Source: an uncultured virus (IMG/VR IMGVR_UViG_2740892351_000003) (lineage: Duplodnaviria; Heunggongvirae; Uroviricota; Caudoviricetes). From it: a DNA stretch of 64,000 nucleotides. This document shows, piece after piece, positions 1 through 9,835 of this stretch. Made by a program: the position numbers and the translations under genes. The notes under the pieces are model-generated. The model worked only from the letters and a program-made list of their open reading frames with translations, was not told where the DNA came from and searched no databases. The DNA is taken from positions 1 through 64,000 of IMG/VR virus record IMGVR_UViG_2740892351_000003. One strand, written 5' to 3'. Each line of letters opens with the position of its first letter. Positions within the stretch are counted from its first letter, which is position 1.

Positions 1-689
1 AACCTTCTATAGAACAAGGTGCAGTGGTAGACATGAAGGTTAAAACTGTGCTTATTGTATCTAATGTAAATAATATAGAACTTAAAATTGACCCAACAAT
101 AATCTTTGCAACACTCAAAGATATACAAGACTTAGAAACTAAAATAGGTACTGTTAATACTAAAATAGATACAACTAAAACAGAATTAACAAATAATTTA
201 GAAACTGCTAAAACAGAGTTAAACACTAGAATTGACACAGAAAATGAGAAACAAAATATTAAAATTGACCAATTAATCGCAGGTGGTTCTAATGTGGCAT
301 CTACTCAAACAATAACAATTGACGATTGGGTTGAGGATGCAGAAAATGGATTCAAAGCAACTGTAACACATAGTTTGTTAACACAGAGAATAGTTGTAAA
401 TATTATAGATGCTACTACAAAAGAAAATGTAGTTACAAACTTTAAAATTATAGATGATAATACTATAGAAATTAGAAGTGAAACAAGGTCAGAATTAAAC
501 GTTTATGTGATAAATGGAAATGCAGAAACTCATTTTATAAATGCAACTGTAGATGATAACAGAGTGTCTGAAATGACTACTTATTCGTCTAAGAAAATAG
601 AGGATAGATTGGTTAATATAGAAGAAAAATTAAGTGGTGGGTTATCTAACATTGCAACAAGTGTAAATGAATTGATAACTTATTGTTAA
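1..689 (+). CDS. Tail fibre / tail-collar protein, C-terminal part (frame open at window start)
   Basis: Frame is open from base 3; coiled-coil heptads (TTKTELTNNLETAKTELN); lies before the RBP and lysis genes. Confidence 0.7.
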   Translation, partial: PSIEQGAVVDMKVKTVLIVSNVNNIELKIDPTIIFATLKDIQDLETKIGTVNTKIDTTKTELTNNLETAKTELNTRIDTENEKQNIKIDQLIAGGSNVASTQTITIDDWVEDAENGFKATVTHSLLTQRIVVNIIDATTKENVVTNFKIIDDNTIEIRSETRSELNVYVINGNAETHFINATVDDNRVSEMTTYSSKKIEDRLVNIEEKLSGGLSNIATSVNELITYC

Positions 690-703
690 AGGAGAGTGAG
701 AAA

Positions 704-2419
704 ATGCAGACAGAATGGAACTTTGGGTACAATGGTTCGCCACAAAGTGTTATATTGAAACCTGGCAAATATAAATTTGAATGCTGGGGTTCTTCTGGAG
801 GTATCAACAATTCTTCTTGGCATACTGATGCTAAAGGCGGATATTCTAAAGGTGAAATTACATTAAAAAAACAAACTACATTATATGTTTACGTCGGCGA
901 AAGTGGTTTTGCTTCTTCATCTACGAGTAATAACACTAAAAGTGGTTTTAATGGCGGTGGTAAAGGTTATTTAAATCAACAGGTTATGGGTACTTATTAT
1001 TCTATGTACGGTGGTGGTGCTACTGATATAAGGCTCGTTGGTGGTGCTTGGGATAATGAGCAAGGTTTGCTATCTCGTATAATTGTCGCAGGTGGTGGCG
1101 GTGGTTCATATTCTCCTTATACTGGTGGTGCAGGAGGAGGATTAGAAGGAGGTACTGGGTATAGTGCTAACGACAGACATCGTCCCGGCGGTACTCAATA
1201 TCAAGGTGGTATTGGTCGTGTAAGCACAGAAAACGGAAGTTTTGGAAAAGGGTGTTCTGCTAAAGATTCAACTGGCGAAGGCGGTGGAGGTGGCTGGTTT
1301 GGTGGTGCAGGAATGAATGGTGCGGGAGCAGGTGGAGGTGGAAGTGGCTACGTATTAACTAAAGATAGTTATAAGCCTACTGGCTACACACCAACATCTG
1401 AATATTATTTTGATAATGTTGTTATGGAATCTGGTGGAAATACTGCTGGTGCTTATGGTTATGCCCTAATAACATTACTACAAGCATTACCTTTTTTAAC
1501 CGTATCCTCTTATAACTCCACACAAGCAACATTTAAAGCTGACCACACAGACCCTACACTATTAACTAAGATAGAAGTATTTATAGATGATGTACTAAAA
1601 GAAACTATAACAACAGATTTAACAACAGAGAAAACAATTAACTATACATTAGAAGATAATGCACTGCACACGCTTAAAATAGTTGTTACAGACAGCAATA
1701 ATGCAACTGCTGAAAAAGTTTTAAGTATAAGTAAGAATATAATGCCACTGCCCGAAAATGTAAATTTAAATGATATATCAACAAAATTAGTTGAGGTTAA
1801 TGCAGGATTTAAAGTTGGGAAAACAAGCATTATAAATACTTTAGCATTAAAGAATATAGAGGCAAGTTTAAATAATACATTAGTGGAGTTATCAGAGAAA
1901 ATTAAAACTTCTTTTGACAGTGGAGATGCAAGTTTGCAGGATTTGATGAATCAGTTAACACAAGCTAATAATACTATATCGCAATTAAACTCTAAATATA
2001 AAGTCGCAAGTGGCACTACCACTGTTATTCAAAGTTCTAAGCGTGTTAATCTATATGGTGGGTTATATGGACAAACATATATTAGAGAACCATATCATTG
2101 GATTAATATTAATAATTTAGGATTTATTCCTAATATTTTTATCGCTGAAAATGAAACTGTTAGTGCTGGTAGTTCAATTCAAAAAAATATTATTATTGCT
2201 ACTTGCAATATACCTTGGTCTACAAATAAAAGAGATTTTATAGCAAACTTACAACTTACTAGAGGTAAAATGGATGACCAAGATTTTAATTGTCATGCAG
2301 GATTTTATATAAACAATGAGCAAGATGCTTATATTAATAGTAATGGAATTAATGTACCTGCAAGTAGAGCTTCTCTTCCTATTTATGGGTTTTCTTGGTA
2401 TGCTATAAAATTTATATAA
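704..2419 (+). CDS. Glycine-rich tail fibre / receptor-binding protein
   Basis: Gly-rich domain (GGGATDIR, AGGGGG, GGGGGWFGG), Ig-like segment, coiled coil and variable C-terminus; AAGGAG RBS favours ATG 704 (MQTEW). Confidence 0.75.
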   Translation: MQTEWNFGYNGSPQSVILKPGKYKFECWGSSGGINNSSWHTDAKGGYSKGEITLKKQTTLYVYVGESGFASSSTSNNTKSGFNGGGKGYLNQQVMGTYYSMYGGGATDIRLVGGAWDNEQGLLSRIIVAGGGGGSYSPYTGGAGGGLEGGTGYSANDRHRPGGTQYQGGIGRVSTENGSFGKGCSAKDSTGEGGGGGWFGGAGMNGAGAGGGGSGYVLTKDSYKPTGYTPTSEYYFDNVVMESGGNTAGAYGYALITLLQALPFLTVSSYNSTQATFKADHTDPTLLTKIEVFIDDVLKETITTDLTTEKTINYTLEDNALHTLKIVVTDSNNATAEKVLSISKNIMPLPENVNLNDISTKLVEVNAGFKVGKTSIINTLALKNIEASLNNTLVELSEKIKTSFDSGDASLQDLMNQLTQANNTISQLNSKYKVASGTTTVIQSSKRVNLYGGLYGQTYIREPYHWININNLGFIPNIFIAENETVSAGSSIQKNIIIATCNIPWSTNKRDFIANLQLTRGKMDDQDFNCHAGFYINNEQDAYINSNGINVPASRASLPIYGFSWYAIKFI

Positions 2420-2432
2420 ATGAGGTGATAAA

Positions 2433-2726
2433 ATGAATAGAGCAAATAGAATAATTTATGACCAAACTGGTAAAATATTACTCCAAACAGGAGAGGCGAC
2501 AGGGGATGTCTTGGAACATGATGAAATAACAGAATTACATTGCATTGATGTTCCATATGGAAGTATAGACTATACCAAAAATAGAATTACAGGCATAAAT
2601 ATAGAAACAAAAGAACCAATTTTGGAAGAAATACCAATATTCGTTACAGAAGAAGAAAAGAGAATACAAGAGTTAGAAAATCAAATTTTATTAAATGAAA
2701 ATGAGAAAGTAGGAGGATTATTATAA
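2433..2726 (+). CDS. Putative tail-fibre assembly chaperone
   Basis: Small acidic ORF directly after the RBP, with RBS. Confidence 0.5.
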   Translation: MNRANRIIYDQTGKILLQTGEATGDVLEHDEITELHCIDVPYGSIDYTKNRITGINIETKEPILEEIPIFVTEEEKRIQELENQILLNENEKVGGLL

Positions 2727-2908
2727 TGAGTATAAATAATGTTGTAGTAAGAATATTAGCAGAGAGAATATTAAATAAAGGGTTAAATCCTTTGAAAAAT
2801 CGAGAATTTGAATTAGATGACGTGACTAACATAGAGTATAGAAAGGCAGTAGAGGATTATATAATTAAAGAAAGCGGAGTAGTAGAAGGAGCAGAAACAA
2901 CTATATAG
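2726..2908 (+). CDS. Small tail-module protein
   Basis: TAATG overlap with previous ORF; GGAGG RBS. Confidence 0.55.
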   Translation: MSINNVVVRILAERILNKGLNPLKNREFELDDVTNIEYRKAVEDYIIKESGVVEGAETTI

Positions 2909-2942
2909 AGGGTTCTTTTTTTTATTGAAAGAAGGTGATTAA

Positions 2943-4175
2943 ATGACTTTTAAAGAGTTAGTTAATAAAGTTAGAAATCTTGTACTAGAAGCAAAAAATG
3001 TAACTATAGAAGATACAGAGAATAACTTTACAAGTGATAATGTTGAGGGAGCATTAAAAGAGGTTTTTCAAAGTGGAGTTAATGCTAAAAATAATGTAGT
3101 AACAGCATTGAACTCCAAGGGTGCAGAGGTTACTACAAATAACACTTGGGAGGAAATAAAGAATAAAGTAAACAACAAGGAAGGAAGATTAGATTTAAGA
3201 GAAACAATACTTTCAAATAGTTCATCATATTTAGTTATGAATGGTGCTATAAAATATATTGAAAAATATAGTGGAGATTTAAAAGCATTAGAATATGAAG
3301 AACCTTTCTTTTATGTAATTAAAGGTACACATTTAATTAAAATTAATGCAATTGATGAATCTGTAACTTTTGATATTACTTTGTCTAATGATAATTTCTC
3401 ATGTATTTGCATTACTCAAGATTATTTGTTTATATCTGATAATACTAAATTATATAAAATAAATAAGACAACAGGAATTGAAGTGCAGTCAATAGAAGGT
3501 TCTTATTATAAGCTATGTACTTATGGGGAATTTATTTATGGAATATATGGAGATGAGACTTCTTCAATACTTCACAAAATAAGAATATCGGATATGTATA
3601 AAATGTTAACTAAAGATATGTCAATCAATAGTATTTACGATTTTGAAAGAGGTAAGTTTGTTTGCAATAAGAATGCTATTTATGCTACAACAGAACACGC
3701 TAATTCAAGTGGTTATACAGATTGTTACCTAACTAAAATAAATTTTGATTTTACTATTGCTAAGGATTTTAGAATTGGAGGATATTTATATGAAAAAAAC
3801 ATTAAGTTTTTAAATGATTTTGTTTTTGTATCTGATAGTGGCAGAAGCATAGAAGTTGAGAGTGGTAAAAAAAGTGGATTAGCAAAATATGATGCAAATC
3901 TAAATTTGATTACTTATGGTGGGTCAGATAGATATGAAAATTTTGAAATATATAATGGATATATATATACATTTAATTCACTTTCTAGTAGCCCATTTAT
4001 AAAAATAAATTTAAATACTCTTAAAGAAGTTAATAGCTACCGAACGCTCATTAACACAAATCCTCAAAAAGGTATGTTTATAATAAACAATATAATTTTT
4101 TTTATTGGTGGTGGCATTCACAGAAATATATTATCAAAAAAGGTTTATTCAGATGAAAAAGGAGAGGAATTATGA
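2943..4175 (+). CDS. Second tail-associated/receptor-binding protein, probable beta-propeller
   Basis: N-terminal VNAKNNVVTALNSKG resembles the adaptor segment of the first fibre; repeated beta-blade-like units. Confidence 0.55.
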   Translation: MTFKELVNKVRNLVLEAKNVTIEDTENNFTSDNVEGALKEVFQSGVNAKNNVVTALNSKGAEVTTNNTWEEIKNKVNNKEGRLDLRETILSNSSSYLVMNGAIKYIEKYSGDLKALEYEEPFFYVIKGTHLIKINAIDESVTFDITLSNDNFSCICITQDYLFISDNTKLYKINKTTGIEVQSIEGSYYKLCTYGEFIYGIYGDETSSILHKIRISDMYKMLTKDMSINSIYDFERGKFVCNKNAIYATTEHANSSGYTDCYLTKINFDFTIAKDFRIGGYLYEKNIKFLNDFVFVSDSGRSIEVESGKKSGLAKYDANLNLITYGGSDRYENFEIYNGYIYTFNSLSSSPFIKINLNTLKEVNSYRTLINTNPQKGMFIINNIIFFIGGGIHRNILSKKVYSDEKGEEL

Positions 4176-4471
4176 TTTATTTAGGAAATTTTATGGAGAC
4201 AGATGAACAAAATATAAAATATATTGGGATGATACACTATAAACCAACTTTACTATCAGAAGAAGAGTTAAAAAATGGAATTTTAATTGAGAAATTGCCA
4301 GTACAACAATATGTAGAAAATAAAGAAGCAAAGTTATTTATAAATATAGATACTAAAGAGGTTTTCTATAGATATACAGATATTAAAAGTAGCATAGAAG
4401 ATAAAGTAAATTCTACAGAACAAACAATAGCAGATTTAACATTTCAATTAATGAGTAATGGGGTGATATAG
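4172..4471 (+). CDS. XkdW-like tail chaperone
   Basis: Small ORF between fibre and XkdX; C-terminal EQTIADLTFQLM helix. Confidence 0.5.
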   Translation: MIYLGNFMETDEQNIKYIGMIHYKPTLLSEEELKNGILIEKLPVQQYVENKEAKLFINIDTKEVFYRYTDIKSSIEDKVNSTEQTIADLTFQLMSNGVI

Positions 4472-4472
4472 T

Positions 4473-4610
4473 ATGAATTGGTATAAGATAATAACAGATT
4501 TCTATAATAATGGTAATTGGACTAAAGAGCAAGTTAAAACAGCAGTAGAAAAGAATAAGATAACAGCAAGTGAATATAAAGAAATAACAGGAGAGGACTA
4601 CATAGTATAG
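4473..4610 (+). CDS. xkdX: XkdX family protein (45 aa, not in ORF track)
   Basis: Translated by hand: MNWYKIITDFYNNGNWTKEQVKTAVEKNKITASEYKEITGEDYIV; typical ITxxEYKEITGEDY motif. Confidence 0.85.
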   Translation: MNWYKIITDFYNNGNWTKEQVKTAVEKNKITASEYKEITGEDYIV

Positions 4611-4715
4611 TCTTTTTTAATGTACAAAACAGATTAAAATCATAATTTTAATTAGAAATTGAGTAAATAAGAGCCTTATTTTATAGACTCTTTTTATATT
4701 AATTGTTTTAAAGGA

Positions 4716-5540
4716 GTGGTAATTTTGAATATAAAAACACTGACAGTTCATGCAGGACACAACCCAGATGGTAAAGTAGGTTCTGGAGCAGTAGGAAATA
4801 TAAAAGAATCTACAGAAGCAAGAAATGTACTAAAAGAGTTAATACCTTTATCTCAAAAGGAATGTAAAGTTTATGATTGTACATGTAACAATGGAACTTC
4901 TCAGAGTGATATATTGAATAAGATTATAGATAAATGTAATTCATATAACACAGATTTAAATGTAAGTATCCATTTTAACAGTGGTGGTGGTCGAGGAGTA
5001 GAAGTTTTAGTTTATAATTTAAATGACAAAGAAACTGTTGAAATAGCATCAAGAATATGTAAAAAAATAACTGAAACTTATCATGCAAAAGGTGATAAAG
5101 ATTTTAAAAATCGTGGAGTTAAAGAAAAGAAAACTCTAGCATTTTTAAGAAGAACGAAGGCAAAGTCAATTTTAGTTGAGTGCTGTTTTGTAGACACATC
5201 TGATACTAAAAAATATAATGCTAAAGATATGGCCATAGATATTTATGAAGGAATATTTAATAAGTCTGTAGCTGGTAAACCACAAGATAACAAAGTGAAA
5301 TATGCAATAGTTTATGAGGGTGAGGTAGATAAAGTTATAGCCCAATTAATGGCCATGAATTATAAGACTAATGAAGTCTCTGTGTGTGATTTGGAAAATT
5401 ATGTTCCTGGACATTGTGAAAACCTATATGTGATTGGTGGAGCATCCAGTAAAATTAAAACTAGCGAGAGATTCACTAAGTTACAAGGTGATGATAGATG
5501 GGCTACACTTCATAAAGTGTTAGATTTTATAGGCAAGTAG
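4716..5540 (+). CDS. Endolysin, N-acetylmuramoyl-L-alanine amidase (Amidase_3) with CD27L-like C-terminal domain
   Basis: Motifs HAGH, E, SIHFNS, LVECCF; C-terminal YAIVYEGEVDK. Confidence 0.9.
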   Translation: MVILNIKTLTVHAGHNPDGKVGSGAVGNIKESTEARNVLKELIPLSQKECKVYDCTCNNGTSQSDILNKIIDKCNSYNTDLNVSIHFNSGGGRGVEVLVYNLNDKETVEIASRICKKITETYHAKGDKDFKNRGVKEKKTLAFLRRTKAKSILVECCFVDTSDTKKYNAKDMAIDIYEGIFNKSVAGKPQDNKVKYAIVYEGEVDKVIAQLMAMNYKTNEVSVCDLENYVPGHCENLYVIGGASSKIKTSERFTKLQGDDRWATLHKVLDFIGK

Positions 5541-5551
5541 GAGGTAATGAA

Positions 5552-6169
5552 TTGAATATATTAGATAAATCAACAGCTACACTAGAACAAGTCTTTTCGT
5601 ATTTAGACACATTAAAAAATAACTCTAATCCACCACATTTTTTATGCAGAGCTATAGTACCAATTATATATAAAGAAGCAGAGAAAAAAGGTGTAAATCC
5701 AGTTATTGCAATTGCTCAAGCATTTGTAGAAACTGGATATTTTAATTTTGGTAGAGTTTTAAATCCTTCTTATTGCAATGTGTGTGGTCTTAAAGGAAAT
5801 AAAGGTGGAGGAGATTTAGACCCAACAGCTCATACAAGATTTAATTGTTGGGAGGATGGAGTATCAGCATTTATTGACCATCTAGCATTATATGCTGGAG
5901 CTAAGGGATATCCAAAATATAGTGAATTAGTTGGTAAAGTTGAATATAAAGTCAATGGAACTACATTAGACCCTAGACATTTTTCATATCTACATGGAGA
6001 GGCTAAAACAGTTGAAAGCTTATCAGGTAAATGGTGTCCAGATATGAATTATGGCCAAAACATAATAAATATATGTAATAAGATAAATTCAATGAAGGTA
6101 GAAAACAATGATGTAAAATTAGAGCAAATAAAAACTAAAGTAAAAGAATTAAATGAGATTCTTGGATAG
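5552..6169 (+). CDS. Glucosaminidase (GH73-like) peptidoglycan hydrolase
   Basis: AIAQAFVETGY, NVCGLK and LSGKWCPD..YG motifs. Confidence 0.8.
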   Translation: MNILDKSTATLEQVFSYLDTLKNNSNPPHFLCRAIVPIIYKEAEKKGVNPVIAIAQAFVETGYFNFGRVLNPSYCNVCGLKGNKGGGDLDPTAHTRFNCWEDGVSAFIDHLALYAGAKGYPKYSELVGKVEYKVNGTTLDPRHFSYLHGEAKTVESLSGKWCPDMNYGQNIINICNKINSMKVENNDVKLEQIKTKVKELNEILG

Positions 6170-6180
6170 GAGGAAATCAC

Positions 6181-6432
6181 ATGGATATAATGCAATTTAT
6201 ACCTGAAAATTTAATAATGTTAATAGGTGGGCTTTACATATTAGGAACATTTATAAAAGAATCTAATATTAAAAATAAATACATACCTTTTATATTGTTA
6301 GTTATAGCAATGATAAGTAGTTGTTTGTTTATGAAAGAGCTGTCAATAGAAGCTGTCTTTGAAGGTATTTTATGTTGGGGTGCATCTATAGGAATAAATC
6401 AAATACAAGTGCAAAACAGAAAGGATAAGTAG
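6181..6432 (+). CDS. Phage holin
   Basis: 83 aa with 3 hydrophobic segments, IKNKYIPFILL motif, basic C-terminus. Confidence 0.8.
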   Translation: MDIMQFIPENLIMLIGGLYILGTFIKESNIKNKYIPFILLVIAMISSCLFMKELSIEAVFEGILCWGASIGINQIQVQNRKDK

Positions 6433-6744
6433 ATGTTATCAAAAGAAATGGTTGAATTACTAAGTCAATATGGATATACAGCTATACTTTTAATGGTACT
6501 GATGTTATGGCTTGGAAAATATTTAGAGAAAAATAGACAACTAGAACAAGATGATAGAAAAAAGGAAAGAGCTTATTTTTCAAGAGAAATTAAAGAGCAG
6601 AGAACTTTATTCGGTAATACAATAGATAAGTTTGATGATAAATTAGATAAATTTGCTGAAGCATTAAATACTAATAACAGTAGACTTGAAAGAGTTGAAA
6701 CAGACATAACAAAAATTAAAGATAAATTAGAGACTAGAGATTAA
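6433..6744 (+). CDS. Second holin-like protein (1 TM plus coiled coil, BhlA/UviB-like)
   Basis: N-terminal TM followed by charged coiled coil, inside the lysis cassette. Confidence 0.55.
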   Translation: MLSKEMVELLSQYGYTAILLMVLMLWLGKYLEKNRQLEQDDRKKERAYFSREIKEQRTLFGNTIDKFDDKLDKFAEALNTNNSRLERVETDITKIKDKLETRD

Positions 6745-6761
6745 TTTCTCTAGTCTTTTTT
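6731..6761 (+). terminator. Intrinsic terminator after lysis genes
   Basis: AGACTAGAGA-ttaatt-TCTCTAGTCT followed by a T run. Confidence 0.7.
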
Positions 6762-6769
6762 ATAAGGAA

Positions 6770-7714
6770 GTGAAGTATTTGGCAAAACAACGCAGTAAAA
6801 GAATAAGCATAAATGGAGAACCAAATCCAGAGAATATTAAATTATGGAAGCAATACAAAAGAGCAAAACAAATAGCTGGGAAAAGTGAAAAAACAATATA
6901 TAATTATGAATGTGATATAATGCAATTTTTTAAGTTTTTAAATATAGAATGTTTTGATGCATTACTAACTGATATAAATGAAGAAGAAATAGAAGCTTAT
7001 ATAGGTTATTGTATGGAACAGGGAAATAATGAAAAAAGAATTAGACGTAGAATAAGTTCAATTTCATCATTGCTATCATTTTTAAAGAAGAAGAGGAAAA
7101 TTACTGACAACTGGTGTGAAATGATAGAAAGACCAGGAACAGGCGAAGAAGTTCAGAAAAGAACTTTTTTAACTGAAGAACAGTTAAGCAAATTAAAAGA
7201 AAAGCTTTCAGAGCAAGACAATTTACAGTTAGAAGTTTATATAAATTTAGGATTGGCTACAATGGCTAGAAGTAATGAGATAAGTCAATTTAGATGGGAC
7301 AATATAGATTTAGATAATAGATGGATTCATGGTATTACAGCCAAAGGTGGAGTTTCAAGAGATTTTAGATTTTCAGAAGAAGTCCAGCATCTATTAATAG
7401 AATGGAAGGATTATCTATCTCAAAATAATATAGATTATCCGTATATATTCTTTACAAGATATGGAGGCAAATACAATCAAGTCAATTCAAATGTCTTAAG
7501 TTCATGGGTTAAAAAAGCTTTCAGGTTAATTGGTATAGAAGGTGGATATAATCATGACCTTAGACATAGTATGTCTAATCTTTTAAAAGACAGAGGAGTT
7601 CCAATAACTACAGTTTCAAAATTGCTTGGCCACAGTGGGGTTGATGTAACTATAAATCACTACACAATAGAAAATAAAAATAAATTAGCTGAGGAATATG
7701 ATAAGTTTATGTAA
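6770..7714 (+). CDS. Tyrosine recombinase (XerC/D-like)
   Basis: Catalytic set R (ARSNE), K (TAKGG), HDLR, LGHS, Y (TINHY) intact; SAM-like N-terminus, no arm-binding domain. Confidence 0.9.
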   Translation: MKYLAKQRSKRISINGEPNPENIKLWKQYKRAKQIAGKSEKTIYNYECDIMQFFKFLNIECFDALLTDINEEEIEAYIGYCMEQGNNEKRIRRRISSISSLLSFLKKKRKITDNWCEMIERPGTGEEVQKRTFLTEEQLSKLKEKLSEQDNLQLEVYINLGLATMARSNEISQFRWDNIDLDNRWIHGITAKGGVSRDFRFSEEVQHLLIEWKDYLSQNNIDYPYIFFTRYGGKYNQVNSNVLSSWVKKAFRLIGIEGGYNHDLRHSMSNLLKDRGVPITTVSKLLGHSGVDVTINHYTIENKNKLAEEYDKFM

Positions 7715-7733
7715 ATTGAAAGGAAGTGATATA

Positions 7734-7775
7734 ATGGCATGTAAAGGTCGTAAAAAAGGTAAGAAAAAGAGATAG
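7734..7775 (+). CDS. Possible 13-aa basic micropeptide MACKGRKKGKKKR
   Basis: AAGGAAGTGA RBS before ATG; lies between recombinase stop and terminator. Confidence 0.35.
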   Translation: MACKGRKKGKKKR

Positions 7776-7784
7776 ATAAATAAT

Positions 7785-7839
7785 AAGCCCTTTAAGGATT
7801 ACTCTTAAATGAGTTTTCTTTAAAGGGCTTTATTTTTTT
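7785..7839 (+). terminator. Intrinsic terminator
   Basis: AAGCCCTTTAA ... TTAAAGGGCTT stem with T tract. Confidence 0.75.
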
Positions 7840-7872
7840 GTCTACAATAGCTTCTTATTAAATATATACATG

Positions 7873-7938
7873 CTTATATAACATATATTTAATAATATTA
7901 TATGTTATATAAGTATATTTTTGACATGTATAACATAT
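7873..7938 (+). promoter_or_regulatory. Operator palindrome and promoter of XRE regulator
   Basis: 15-bp inverted repeat CTTATATAACATATA/TATATGTTATATAAG; TTGACA at 7921; TATAACATAT repeated at 7929 and near 8402. Confidence 0.6.
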
Positions 7939-7974
7939 CATTAAGATAAATAAACTAATATAATCTAATAAGGA

Positions 7975-8337
7975 ATGATAAAAATGTTAGAAGAAGATGA
8001 AATATATAATGTAATTGGTAAAAGAATAAGAAATTATAGAAGAAAAGCAGGGTATAATCAAAATACATTAGCAAAAAAGGCTGGTTTATTTCCTGCTTAT
8101 ATTGGTCAAATTGAAAGAGGTGAAAGTAAAGCATCACTTCGTTCAATTTTTAAAATTGCAAATGCATTAGAGATACCTTTAGAAGTTTTATTTGAAAATA
8201 TTATACAGAATGAAAATGATGTTGAAACTCTTTCGTCTGAAGCTTATGAGTTAATTGATAGTTTAACAGTAAAAGAACAAAAAGCGATAATTAGATTGAT
8301 AAAAGAAATAATTGAATATCGAAAATTTGAAGAATAA
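7975..8337 (+). CDS. XRE-family HTH transcriptional regulator
   Basis: IGKRIRNYR..QNTLA..YIGQIERGE..SL..IANALEI. Confidence 0.9.
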   Translation: MIKMLEEDEIYNVIGKRIRNYRRKAGYNQNTLAKKAGLFPAYIGQIERGESKASLRSIFKIANALEIPLEVLFENIIQNENDVETLSSEAYELIDSLTVKEQKAIIRLIKEIIEYRKFEE

Positions 8338-8346
8338 AAATTTAAT

Positions 8347-8381
8347 AAAGAAGATGTCTCAATCTTAAGACATCTTCTTTT
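8347..8381 (+). terminator. Intrinsic terminator
   Basis: AAAGAAGATGTCT / AGACATCTTCTTT stem. Confidence 0.75.
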
Positions 8382-8474
8382 ACTTTATGTTAATATATAC
8401 TTATAACATATATTTTATTATTTTAATGTCTATATATGTTGATATTTTAATTGCAGAAAGGAATGTACATATCC

Positions 8475-8795
8475 ATGCAAAAAATACCACAAGCTGAATT
8501 AAAAGTTATGAAATTCATATGGAATAAGAATGATATAGTAACATCAAAAGAAGTTATGGAAGCTATGGAATTAGAATATAACTGGAAGGCGACAACTACA
8601 CTAACTCTTCTTTCAAGACTCACTATTAAACGTTTTTTAGATTCTGAGAGGATAAAAAGAATTACACATTATACAATACTTATTACAAAAGAAGAATATA
8701 AAATATTTGAAACAAAGAGATTTTTAGAAGAAGTACATTCTAATTCTATAGAAAGCTTAATTAGTTCTTTAGAGGATTGTTATAAGAATAAATAA
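8475..8795 (+). CDS. BlaI/MecI/CopY-family regulator (orphan)
   Basis: AELKVMKFIW..WKATTTLTLLSRL..K.FL; ATG 8475 fits the family N-terminus. Confidence 0.85.
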   Translation: MQKIPQAELKVMKFIWNKNDIVTSKEVMEAMELEYNWKATTTLTLLSRLTIKRFLDSERIKRITHYTILITKEEYKIFETKRFLEEVHSNSIESLISSLEDCYKNK

Positions 8796-8875
8796 AGAAG
8801 TGAACTTTTATTATATACAAGAAGTTTTTGTAATGATATAATTAGTACAATGTATTCTTATAGGAGGAATAAAAA

Positions 8876-9307
8876 ATGAACGAATTACAAACTAAAAAAG
8901 ATTTGATAATTGAAACTTTAAAGGACTTTAATCTTATAGATTCATTTAAAATTGATGAACTTAAAAGTAGTAGGACTATAGCATTTAAAGCAGTACATAA
9001 TTTAGAAAAAAGTAAAGGAATTGTATTTTTAATCATTAATGAAACGGTGTATTCAACTGCATCAATATATTTTGCTACTTTAGAAAATGTATCTAAGAAA
9101 GAAAATGTTTTAGATTTAATAAATAATTTAAATTTAGAATACAAAGGTTTTAAATATTTTATTAATAGAGAAAATGAAATAGGAGTACAGATTTCTTATA
9201 TAGCAGACTCTAAAAGTTTTAATGCTGAATTATTTATTAATATATTTCAAGCTATGTACCAAACATTAGTAGACGAGACCTATTCTAAATTTATAGAAAT
9301 AATTTAA
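8876..9307 (+). CDS. YbjN-like protein
   Basis: GGAGG RBS, upstream TG-TATAAT; LINNLNLEYKGFKYFI motif. Confidence 0.55.
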   Translation: MNELQTKKDLIIETLKDFNLIDSFKIDELKSSRTIAFKAVHNLEKSKGIVFLIINETVYSTASIYFATLENVSKKENVLDLINNLNLEYKGFKYFINRENEIGVQISYIADSKSFNAELFINIFQAMYQTLVDETYSKFIEII

Positions 9308-9557
9308 TAAAATAAACATTCCTTTTATTAACATTTATTATAGTTTAATGTAATATAAATCAAAGGAGTGTTTATTTTATTTTGAAAATTATTCCTTAAA
9401 TTCCCATTTAAGGAATAGTATATATAAAACATAGAACTTATTAAAAGTACTCTCTTTCATAGTATGTAATTAAAAATAAGTTATTTTGTACATTATGATT
9501 TCTTATATTTAATGGTATAATAAGATTAAATATAAGAATGTTGAAAGGAATGATATT

Positions 9558-9779
9558 ATGAAATTGCCTGAATTAGAGATTAATATAAGTATATCAATAC
9601 CAATTTTTTTAGTTATCTCTTATTTGGCTATAGTTTCTATAGTAATGCTAGGGATATCAGCTTTAAATAACTTTACTAATATAACATCAGTACCTATAAA
9701 TGCTTTAGGTTCAACAGTTGGATTTGTTATATTTCAACTTTTAGTTAGTTTTTTTGAAAATAGAAAAATTACAGATTAA
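9558..9779 (+). CDS. Small 2-TM membrane protein
   Basis: Own TGGTATAAT -10 and AAAGGA RBS; two hydrophobic segments. Confidence 0.55.
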   Translation: MKLPELEINISISIPIFLVISYLAIVSIVMLGISALNNFTNITSVPINALGSTVGFVIFQLLVSFFENRKITD

Positions 9780-9835
9780 ATGTTATTTACATGAAATTTT
9801 GTTTTAATATTCTTAATTTGTGGTATAATAAAAGC

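Noticed and set aside
704..4175. Diversity-generating retroelement or shufflon at tail fibres
   Set aside because: No reverse transcriptase, template/variable repeat pair or inverted crossover repeats seen
5280..5310. Internal translation start for the endolysin C-terminal domain as in CD27L/CTP1L
   Set aside because: A GTG is at the expected place but no Shine-Dalgarno precedes it
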